Shown here: positions 8,946-16,963 of the stretch, in pieces
Position numbering within the stretch: the stretch's first letter is position 1
Layout: every line of letters starts with the position of its first letter
NCBI GenBank assembly: GCA_043767805.1
Contig: JAYUGC010000048.1
Location: forward strand, 1-37,311
Origin: Pseudomonadota bacterium
Lineage (GTDB): Bacteria; Bdellovibrionota; FAC87; UBA2466
Reading direction: 5' to 3'
DNA length: 37,311 nucleotides
Position numbers and translations under genes: made by a program
Notes under the pieces: model-generated
Told to the model about the DNA's origin: nothing
The model's database searches: none
What the model saw: only the letters and a program-made list of their open reading frames with translations

Positions 8946-9563
8946 CTAGTCGCCGGGTGGGTAAAGCGTGTTCGTGATGCCGACCCGAATCATCATCACC
9001 GCAATGGCTACCAAAAAGAGAGAAGCGACCTTGCCGAAGGCCCGGGTGCCGCTTTTTCCCATGAGCCGCACGATGAGCTCGGAATTAAGAAAAACGCCCC
9101 AGACGACGAGCAGGTTAACCACGAGCGCGGCGAGCGTCACCCAGTAACCGAACTTATCCACGAGCATCATGATGGTGGTCAGGACCGCCGGGCCCACGAT
9201 GAGCGGAATCCCGATGGGTACGATTCCAGCTTCGCCGCTATCGGGCTGGTCGCGCTGCTTGAACTGAGAAAAGAGCAAATCCAGGATGCCGACGATCATC
9301 AGGACGATGCCTCCCCCGATGCGGAAATCATCCGGGGTGATGCCCAAAAATCGGAAGATGAGCTTGCCCGCGACGAGGATGACGCCGGAAACGCCAAAGG
9401 CCGTGAAAACCGCTGCCCGAAGCACTCGTTTCTTCGGGACCTCCTCCATGGAGGAGGTCAAAGAGATGAAAACCGGCAGAACCCCCAGGCAATTCATCGC
9501 GAAAAATATAGGGACGGCCGCGAGAGAAAAGTCGTGGAGCAAATAATAGAGTTCCTCGCCCAT
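8946..9563 (-). CDS. MarC family membrane protein
   Basis: Six hydrophobic segments, FRIGGGIVL and IVPIGIPLIVGPA motifs; start could be 9563 or 9572. Confidence 0.88.
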   Translation of the reverse strand: MGEELYYLLHDFSLAAVPIFFAMNCLGVLPVFISLTSSMEEVPKKRVLRAAVFTAFGVSGVILVAGKLIFRFLGITPDDFRIGGGIVLMIVGILDLLFSQFKQRDQPDSGEAGIVPIGIPLIVGPAVLTTIMMLVDKFGYWVTLAALVVNLLVVWGVFLNSELIVRLMGKSGTRAFGKVASLFLVAIAVMMIRVGITNTLYPPGD

Positions 9564-9697
9564 GAGAGGCATTGTCGCTTGGGGGCCTCGGGGTGGCAAG
9601 CAGCAGTCTTTCTTAAGGAAATCGTCCCGGCACGGTTTTTAAAGAAACTCTGCTTTCCAGCCTGGACGTCTCCCTTCTCTCCGGTAAAGTACGCCCC

Positions 9698-12571
9698 ATG
9701 TTGTGGATTGCGGGCCAAAGAGTCATGGCGGAGCTGGAACCCGAGCTCGGTCTGGGTATGGTGGTTAAAGTCGTTGGCCCCCGCCTCATCGAGGTGATTT
9801 TTCCGGGCGTTCAGCTCACTCGGCAATACACCCAGCATGGCGCTCCCCTGCGGCGCCTCGTGCTCACTCCCGGGCAACGGGTCCGCACCAAAAAAGGCGA
9901 GACTCATACGGTCGCCGTTCTGCACGAAGTAAAAGGCCTCTTCAAATACGAGTCGGAGGCGGGCCTGATTTTTTGGGAACAGGATCTCGATCATCTGGTC
10001 GAGGACGAAACTCCGGTCACCAGTTTTCTGATGGGGCATTGGGCGCATCCCAAAACTTTCCGCTTGAGAGAGCGCGCCTGGAGTTTACGGGCGAAAAGCC
10101 TCGATCCCGATTTGCGCGGGCTCGTGGGCCCGCGGATTTCGTTACTCCCCCATCAGCTCAGCATCGCCTCGGAAATCGCGCGCCGGGAATACCCGCGTCT
10201 ATTGCTCGCGGACGAAGTGGGTCTCGGGAAAACCATCGAGGCCGGGCTCATCTTTTCGTCCCTACGGGCGCTAGGCCGCGCGAAACGCGTTCTCGTTTTG
10301 GTTCCCGAATTTTTGGAGCACCAGTGGCTCGCGGAAATGTACCGCCGCTTCAACGAAATGTTCACTTTGGTCGACGAAGATCGCAGCGAACAGGAAATGC
10401 TCTCTCAAGGCAAAAGCGCCTTCGAGTCGAACCAACGAGTCATTTGTTCTCTCGAATTTTTGTGCCAGAACGCACAACGCTTGCAGGAAGCCCTCGAAGA
10501 GCCGTGGGATCTGCTTATCGTCGACGAGGCTCACCGCCTGAATTGGTCCGCCGACGACGCGAGCGTCGAATGGGAAGTCGTCCAGCTTTTGGCGGAACAA
10601 GCCCGTGGCCTGCTGCTCCTCACCGCGACGCCGCAGCACCATGGCCTCGAAACGCAGTTCGGGCTGCTTCACCTAGTCGACCCGAAACGCTTCCCCGACT
10701 TTGAGGCCTTCAAGAAGCAAAATAAGCGCATGGCCGATACCGCCGCGCTCGCCAACGAGATTCAGGAAGAGAAGCGCTCCGAGGAACTAAAGGCCCGTTT
10801 GGCTAAGGCGTTTCCGGACGACGAAGATCTCGGCAAAGCGGTCGAGCGGTTTACCGAAGGCGGTCCGCCTTCCGATCTTTTGGATCGCTTGGTCGATCGC
10901 CACGGCACGAGCCGAGTGCTCATCCGCAATCGGCGCAGCCGCATTCAAGGGTTTCCCGAACGAAAGCTATTACCCCTCGAAGTGACCGCGCCCAAAGCGT
11001 GGAAGACTTGGCTGCAAACGGTGGAGCCGGAAAAGATGACCGGCGGCAAGCTTTTCGAAGTCGCGGCCGGAGTCGCCGAAGATCTCCCCGACAAAGCCAA
11101 GCTGGATTGGTTCGAGGCCCGCGCGAAGGCGCTCCTCGTCCTGCTCGACTCTCTTAAAAAAGACAAAGTCTTGCTCATCGCCTCTTCACCGGAGCGCGTG
11201 GAAGATCTCCAGGAATGGTTACGCGGCTCCAGCCCCGTCCGCACCGCCCTCTTCCATGAAGAGATGGAAATCGTCGAGCGCGACCGCCAGGCCGCTTGGT
11301 TCGCCCAGCCCGATGGGGCTCGTGTGCTCCTTTGCAGTGAAATCGGCGGCGAAGGCCGCAACTTCCAGTTCTGCCAGCATCTCGTTCTTTTCGATTTGCC
11401 CTTGCACCCGGATGTCGTCGAGCAACGCATCGGGCGCCTCGATCGCATCGGTCAGGCGGAGACCGTCCAAATCCACGTGCCCTACTGTCCCGACACTCCG
11501 GAAGAGGTGCTTTTGAAATGGTACTCGGAGGGGCTCAACCTCTTTAGCCAGCCCTGGAACGGAGCGGAGCTCCCGTCCACGCTCGCCAAAGATCTGGCGG
11601 ACGCTTTCCGCGCCCATTTGCCCAAGTCGGAGGACTTCAAAAAGCGCGCGGAAACTTTAGCCGACTTACTCGCCACGACCCAAAAGATCGCGGAGAAAAT
11701 CCGCGCCGATCAGCTAGCCAGCGTCGATAGGCTCGTCGACATCACTTCCTTTCAACAAGGCAAAGGTACGGCCCTCGCCGGCCGTATCGCCCAAGTGGAT
11801 GCCAGCAAAGAGCTGAGAAAGTTTCTAGCCGATGCTTTCGACTACTTCGGCGTCGAAGCGGAAGTCCTGGACGAAACGGGAACGCTCAAAATCAGCGCAA
11901 GCTCTTTGACCTTCGTCGAGCAGTTCCCCGGCTTGAGCGCCGTGGGCGATTTGACCGCGACCTTCAGCCGCGAGCAGGCGCTAGCCCGCGAAGATCTGTC
12001 CTTCCTTTCGTGGGAACATCCGGTGGCGGAAGGCGCCATGGATCTCGTCCTCCAAGGCGGAACGGGAAAAGTCTCCGGTGGTCTCGTTCCCGACCCGGTG
12101 CAAGGGGAAACCTTCGTCATCGAGTTACTCTATCTGCTTCAGACCATGGCTCCGGCGTTCTTGGAACTTGAGCACGATCTTCCCGTGCAGACGATTCCGG
12201 TCTTCATCACGCCCAACGGAAAAATCCTGCAGGGACTTCAAGGCCAGCAAATCGGAAAGCTGAAGCCCGTTCCGCATCAAAAGGCTTTGGACTTGATGAA
12301 GCCCATCCGGGACCGAGTGCCGGCCGCCTTGGAAAAAGCGGCGTCTCACGCTCAGAAGCTCGCCGCTCCCCTCGTGAAGAAAGCTCTGGAGAGCTGGAAG
12401 GCGCGCTTTGATACGGAAAACGCGCGGCTCACCGAGCTCGCGCGCTTAAACCCGCTCATCACCAAGGAAGAGATCGAGGCTCATCAGGTAAAGCAAAAGC
12501 TAGGCTTCGCGGCTTTGGAGGCCACGGTGCCGCGGCTCGACGCCATTCGGCTCATCGTCAGCCACCGCTAA
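9698..12571 (+). CDS. rapA: RNA polymerase-associated SNF2-family ATPase RapA (HepA)
   Basis: N-terminal GQRVMAELEPELGLG, LLADEVGLGKT, DEAH, LLLTATP, CSEIGGEGRNFQF, EQRIGRLDRIGQ, ATFSREQALAREDLSFLSWEHP, terminal LDAIRLIV. Confidence 0.93.
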   Translation: MLWIAGQRVMAELEPELGLGMVVKVVGPRLIEVIFPGVQLTRQYTQHGAPLRRLVLTPGQRVRTKKGETHTVAVLHEVKGLFKYESEAGLIFWEQDLDHLVEDETPVTSFLMGHWAHPKTFRLRERAWSLRAKSLDPDLRGLVGPRISLLPHQLSIASEIARREYPRLLLADEVGLGKTIEAGLIFSSLRALGRAKRVLVLVPEFLEHQWLAEMYRRFNEMFTLVDEDRSEQEMLSQGKSAFESNQRVICSLEFLCQNAQRLQEALEEPWDLLIVDEAHRLNWSADDASVEWEVVQLLAEQARGLLLLTATPQHHGLETQFGLLHLVDPKRFPDFEAFKKQNKRMADTAALANEIQEEKRSEELKARLAKAFPDDEDLGKAVERFTEGGPPSDLLDRLVDRHGTSRVLIRNRRSRIQGFPERKLLPLEVTAPKAWKTWLQTVEPEKMTGGKLFEVAAGVAEDLPDKAKLDWFEARAKALLVLLDSLKKDKVLLIASSPERVEDLQEWLRGSSPVRTALFHEEMEIVERDRQAAWFAQPDGARVLLCSEIGGEGRNFQFCQHLVLFDLPLHPDVVEQRIGRLDRIGQAETVQIHVPYCPDTPEEVLLKWYSEGLNLFSQPWNGAELPSTLAKDLADAFRAHLPKSEDFKKRAETLADLLATTQKIAEKIRADQLASVDRLVDITSFQQGKGTALAGRIAQVDASKELRKFLADAFDYFGVEAEVLDETGTLKISASSLTFVEQFPGLSAVGDLTATFSREQALAREDLSFLSWEHPVAEGAMDLVLQGGTGKVSGGLVPDPVQGETFVIELLYLLQTMAPAFLELEHDLPVQTIPVFITPNGKILQGLQGQQIGKLKPVPHQKALDLMKPIRDRVPAALEKAASHAQKLAAPLVKKALESWKARFDTENARLTELARLNPLITKEEIEAHQVKQKLGFAALEATVPRLDAIRLIVSHR

Positions 12572-12595
12572 ACGTTATTTAATTACGGCTTCCGA

Positions 12596-13150
12596 TCACT
12601 TTGTAGCCATGCACGCTTTATAACCAGCGTAGCAGCCTTTATAACAAGGCGAGCCTTGGTTGAACTTCGTACAATCTCGTTCACAGATTCCTAGGGCGAT
12701 GCCGCACCCGTGAAAGTCCGCTGCCGCGAAAGGATAATCCATCGTTTCGGTAGTCGCCTCTTCCGAAGCGTCTTCGGATATAGCATTGCCTCGGTGGCAA
12801 ATCGCACTCTTGAAGTAGCAGTTGGCTACGGTTTGGCGCGCGCCTCCATACACGGTTACGGCGTCGCTGTGACAGACGTTTTGGCAGTCCTGGGTATATT
12901 CGTTAAACATCGTATACTGAGCCTCGTCCTGGGAGGAAGCATCCACCGAGCCAGTAAAATCCCGGGTGTTCTGCACGACCTGGGGCGGCGGCGGGACGTA
13001 GTTGGGCACTCCGGGAATCCTCGGAAAAGTGGTTGTGACCGTAAAGGTACACTGGGCTGAACAATTCCAGTTGTCCGCAAAGGCGGCCGGACAGAGGGAT
13101 AAAGCCAATATTCCCAACAAGAATAGTTTCGCTCCAAAGAAAGTTTTCAT
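12596..13150 (-). CDS. Secreted Cys-rich hypothetical protein (two disulfide modules)
   Basis: AGGAG site, signal peptide ending AFA, 12 Cys in the mature part arranged 6+6. Confidence 0.75.
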   Translation of the reverse strand: MKTFFGAKLFLLGILALSLCPAAFADNWNCSAQCTFTVTTTFPRIPGVPNYVPPPPQVVQNTRDFTGSVDASSQDEAQYTMFNEYTQDCQNVCHSDAVTVYGGARQTVANCYFKSAICHRGNAISEDASEEATTETMDYPFAAADFHGCGIALGICERDCTKFNQGSPCYKGCYAGYKACMATK

Positions 13151-13212
13151 AAATTATCTCCTAATCGCTTGTTTTAAAAAAAGTGTGGGCTGTTTCAGGA
13201 CATTTCTTCCGC

Positions 13213-13695
13213 TTAGTCGACATACTCCCAGTTCGTGATCCTGCAGCTGAAATTGCCTAGATAGGACATTTCATCGTCGCAGAGTTTCCGAACCTGAAGC
13301 TCCGTTCCGGTAAACGTCTCACTGCTCCTGAATTCGCCTGATTTACCAAAGCACCGGCAAAGACCGCGGAAGGTCGTCGCTGGAGCAGCGCTCATCTCCA
13401 TGTAGCTAGTTTGAATGCCGTTCGTGGAGGTAGAAGGCAGAGGAGGACGCGGATCGCCGTCGGCCTGAAGTTGCCGGCACCCGACCAGGCTAACTACTTT
13501 ATAAAGGCGCACCAGTTCGTAGAAACAACTTCCTTCCACTTCAGCTTCGGAGTTGCCGGATTTCTTGCAGTGCCATTTCCATCCGAACCGAACCCCATCC
13601 GGCGACCCCGTGTAGTCGCACTGATAAGTCCCGCCGGCAAACGCCGACGTCGCAAAAAGAGAAAAAAACAGGGCCAATCCGAAAATCCGACGCAC
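13213..13695 (-). CDS. Secreted Cys-rich hypothetical protein (two 4-Cys modules)
   Basis: GGAGG-N5-GTG start at 13695, signal peptide ending AFA, 8 Cys arranged 4+4 around a Pro/Ser/Thr linker. Confidence 0.72.
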   Translation of the reverse strand: MRRIFGLALFFSLFATSAFAGGTYQCDYTGSPDGVRFGWKWHCKKSGNSEAEVEGSCFYELVRLYKVVSLVGCRQLQADGDPRPPLPSTSTNGIQTSYMEMSAAPATTFRGLCRCFGKSGEFRSSETFTGTELQVRKLCDDEMSYLGNFSCRITNWEYVD

Positions 13696-13767
13696 GTGAA
13701 CCTCCAATGAATTGAGCTCCATTTAACGCGTTGCGTTATTCCGATTCAATGGAGTGGGTTCGATACC

Positions 13768-13785
13768 GGTAACCAATAGGTAACC
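13768..13785. promoter_or_regulatory. Tandem direct repeat GGTAACC-N4-GGTAACC, candidate regulator box
   Basis: Exact 7-mer repeat with 11-bp period in the intergenic region upstream of the Cys-rich genes. Confidence 0.35.
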
Positions 13786-13833
13786 GTCTTTCGAAGTGCC
13801 TAGCGGAAGGGAAAGTTGGGCCTTCGGGTCACG

Positions 13834-15603
13834 CTAGGATTTTCGAGCGGCTTCGCTTTCCATCCAAACGTTCATGCGGCTTTCAAACACTCCGAGCGGC
13901 AGGGCTCCGTCGCCAAGGACCGCGTCGTGAAAGCGGCGGATGTCGAACTTGTCATTCAGCTTCGCTTTCGCTCGCTCGCGAATCTCTAGGATTTTCAACT
14001 GTCCGATCTTATAAGCAAGCGCTTGGCCGGGCATGACGAGATACCGATCCACTTCCACCACGACGTCATGGTGCGCTTTTCCGGAGTTCTCCTCGAAGAA
14101 CGAAATGGATTTTTCGCGGGTCCAGCCGAAAGCGTGCATACCGGTATCGACGACGAGGCGAATCGCGCGCCACATTTCGTAGATGAGTTTTCCCATCTTG
14201 GAGTACGGGTCTTTATAGAAACCCATGAGATCGCCCAAGCTCTCAGAATATAAGCCCCACCCTTCGACATAGGCCGTGTACCCGGAGTTCTTTCTGAACT
14301 CGGGCTGGCTATCGTCTTCTTGCGCCAGCGCGATCTGAAGGTGATGGCCGGGAACCGCTTCATGCAGCGCGAGCGCTTCCATTTCCCATTTGGGCCGGGA
14401 AGGCAGATCGTAGGTATTGGCGAAAAAGATGCCCGGACGTCCCGCCACCGGGGAGCCGGGACGATAGTACGCCGTCGGAGAGGCGCGCTCGGCGTACTCA
14501 GGTATCGATTGAATGCCGTAGGTCAGACGAGGAAGGAGCCCGAAAAGCCGGGGCAACTCTTGATCCGCGCGCTTACCGATGTCGCGATAAGCGAGCATGA
14601 GCTCTTCCGGTTTCTTGAAGAAGAATTTATCGTCCGTGCGTAGTGTTTCGAAAAAATCCCGGAGCGATCCTTTTATGCCGGCCGCTTTCTGAACGGCGTC
14701 CATCTCGGTGCGAATGCGTTTTACTTCGTTTAGTCCTATCTGGTGAATCTCTTCCGGCGTCTGCGCGGTCGTCGTGTGACGTTTCGCCGCATAGGCGTAC
14801 CAGGCCTTGCCGTTTGGGAGCTCGGACATGCCGATGGACTCGCGCGTTTTCGGAAGGTACTCGTCCTTGAAAAAGGTACGAAGCTTCACGAAGGCCGGAA
14901 TGACTTTATCGGTAAGCACGCGTCCCGCCTTCTCGCGGAGGACTTTGGCTTTGTCCACGGGGAAATCGGAGTCGAGCTTACGGAACGGCCCCATCATGGC
15001 GTTCTTTTCGAGATCGGGCTCGGTTTGCGCTTTGATCTGATTATCGATGTCGAGCAAAGTAATCCGGGGCGGCGTCACGCCGAGCTTCGCGCCTTCCTTC
15101 AATAACTCGATATTTTGCGAGATCAGCTCGGGCGCCTTTTCGAGGCGAGCGATGATGTTCTCCAAATCGGCGGGCTTGGCGACCGACATTCCATCGAGCG
15201 TTTCCGCCACCTGGCTCTGAATCCCGCCCATAGGCGAGACGGCAAGATACTCCGAAGGAAATTGCGCGCCTTCCGTATCTAGAATCAGCTCGGCTTCATA
15301 CAAATCGAAGTTGAGCCGTTCCGTTTTGGATAGGCCGCTTTTTTTGATCGCTCGCAGACCCTTCAAAGCTTCTTGGGTGTGCTTCTTGCGCTTGTCGATG
15401 GAAGCGCGCGACATATCCGTCCAGCGATCGTCTTGGCCGGGAAAACCGACGGAAGTCGCGTACTCGGGGTACTCTTTCATCGCCCAGACCCATTCCTTCT
15501 GCAGGAATTTACGGAGGCGCGCGTCTTCCGCGGTCTTTTTAGATTCTTTCATGGCGAAGCTCACCGATCCCAGAAAAAGTAAGGCGATAAAAATCAGTTT
15601 CAT
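13834..15603 (-). CDS. DUF885 family secreted protein (metallopeptidase-like)
   Basis: Signal peptide; EEIHQIGLNEVKRI, LHEAVPGHHLQ, AYVEGWGLYSE, WRAIRLVVDTGMH, EVDRY…PGQALAYKIG, FDIRRFHD. Confidence 0.92.
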   Translation of the reverse strand: MKLIFIALLFLGSVSFAMKESKKTAEDARLRKFLQKEWVWAMKEYPEYATSVGFPGQDDRWTDMSRASIDKRKKHTQEALKGLRAIKKSGLSKTERLNFDLYEAELILDTEGAQFPSEYLAVSPMGGIQSQVAETLDGMSVAKPADLENIIARLEKAPELISQNIELLKEGAKLGVTPPRITLLDIDNQIKAQTEPDLEKNAMMGPFRKLDSDFPVDKAKVLREKAGRVLTDKVIPAFVKLRTFFKDEYLPKTRESIGMSELPNGKAWYAYAAKRHTTTAQTPEEIHQIGLNEVKRIRTEMDAVQKAAGIKGSLRDFFETLRTDDKFFFKKPEELMLAYRDIGKRADQELPRLFGLLPRLTYGIQSIPEYAERASPTAYYRPGSPVAGRPGIFFANTYDLPSRPKWEMEALALHEAVPGHHLQIALAQEDDSQPEFRKNSGYTAYVEGWGLYSESLGDLMGFYKDPYSKMGKLIYEMWRAIRLVVDTGMHAFGWTREKSISFFEENSGKAHHDVVVEVDRYLVMPGQALAYKIGQLKILEIRERAKAKLNDKFDIRRFHDAVLGDGALPLGVFESRMNVWMESEAARKS

Positions 15604-15672
15604 CGGAACATGTTACACGAACTTACCGGGATGGTAAGCCTTGGGCAGAATCCAGGGCGAAAGGCGGTAGTC

Positions 15673-16377
15673 ATGGAAAGAGCGGCATTTGTTACGGGAG
15701 CAAATCGGGGACTCGGGCTCGAAGCGTGCCGGCAACTGAAAGAGGGCGGATACCGCATTGCTTTGGGCTCGCGAGATGAAGCCAAAGGCATCGAAGCCGC
15801 GCGAGAGCTCGACCCGACGGGTAAAATCGTCACTTGGGTATCAGTCGACACGACCCGCACCGAATCTCTGGAAAAAGCCATGAAGGAGATCGAGCGCCGC
15901 TTCGGACGCTTAGACGTTCTCATCAATAATGCAGGCATCTACCCTTCCAAAAAGGGAGAAACCGACACCCTCTCCACGCCGCGCGAGGATTTGAGAGCGG
16001 CGATGGAAGCCAATACGTTTGGCGCCTTTGAGCTCGCGCGGCTCGCCATTCCTCTCATGCGCAAAGGAAAGTACGGGCGCATCGTCAATGTGTCCTCCGG
16101 CATGGGTCAGCTTTCCGGTGACATGACTGATCACGCGGCTTACCGCATTTCGAAAACCGCACTGAATGCGGTAACGAAAGTCCTCGCCGACACGACTCGC
16201 GGCGAAAACATTCTCGTCAACTCGGTTTGTCCCGGCTGGGTACGCACCGACATGGGCGGTCCCGAGGCCCAGCGCGCGATTCCCGAAGGCGGACGCAGCA
16301 TCGTTTGGGCGGCGCTCATTCCCGACGGCGGGCCGACAGGCGGCTACTTCCGCGATGGCAAAGCGCTCGACTGGTGA
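15673..16377 (+). CDS. SDR family NAD(P)-dependent oxidoreductase (carbonyl reductase-like)
   Basis: TGANRGLG, NNAG, catalytic YRISK, VCPGWVRTDMGG; ATG at 15673. Confidence 0.92.
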   Translation: MERAAFVTGANRGLGLEACRQLKEGGYRIALGSRDEAKGIEAARELDPTGKIVTWVSVDTTRTESLEKAMKEIERRFGRLDVLINNAGIYPSKKGETDTLSTPREDLRAAMEANTFGAFELARLAIPLMRKGKYGRIVNVSSGMGQLSGDMTDHAAYRISKTALNAVTKVLADTTRGENILVNSVCPGWVRTDMGGPEAQRAIPEGGRSIVWAALIPDGGPTGGYFRDGKALDW

Positions 16378-16380
16378 CCG

Positions 16381-16791
16381 TTAAGGCGTCGGCGTTACCC
16401 AGAATTTGAGCTCGGCATGCACGCCCACGATGGAAAGAACGTCATCGAGGTGCAAGTTGCGCTTACCAGCGTGTAACTGATTTTGGCGGCTCGCCACCAT
16501 GAACGCCTGGACGGGAGCTTCGAGCTCCGCGGCCGCTTTGAGCACGGCCTCGAGGCCCTTGTGATCTTCGAGCTGGTCGTGAACGTTGGTGACCGCCTTC
16601 TGCAAAACTTTGAAGGCCACTTTGAACTCCGGCGTATCTTCTGACTGGAACGTGAACACGCGGGGCGTTTCCATCAGCTCTTCGAGAGTATGGACCGTGT
16701 TGTGAAGCAGCTCCTCGTCATACCAAGCCGGATTGTCCGCGAATGAGGCCACGGAAAAGGACAAAGCGACGAGGATGAACGACCACTTCAA
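16381..16791 (-). CDS. Secreted hypothetical helical protein
   Basis: GGAGG site before TTG, signal peptide ending SFA; no family recognised. Confidence 0.7.
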   Translation of the reverse strand: MKWSFILVALSFSVASFADNPAWYDEELLHNTVHTLEELMETPRVFTFQSEDTPEFKVAFKVLQKAVTNVHDQLEDHKGLEAVLKAAAELEAPVQAFMVASRQNQLHAGKRNLHLDDVLSIVGVHAELKFWVTPTP

Positions 16792-16963
16792 AGTAAACCT
16801 CCCAAAGCATTTCCTGAGGATTTAGCATTTATGAGGGTGCTGGATATAGGGACAATTTTTGTCAGCGCGAACTGCTTTTCGGGCACGCTTTGCGCCCCCA
16901 ACGGCATTTACCTCACCGGTTCAGCCTGTCTATTCGCGCCACCTTTTCATTCTTGCGGCTGAA

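Noticed and set aside
9698..12571. SNF2 helicase as a defence-system component (DISARM-like)
   Set aside because: RapA-specific N- and C-terminal motifs are present and there are no methylase or nuclease neighbours.
13176..13190. Possible further REP-like copy (AAAAAGTGTGGG)
   Set aside because: Partial match only; lacks the GGA(C/T)AC-TTTT half.
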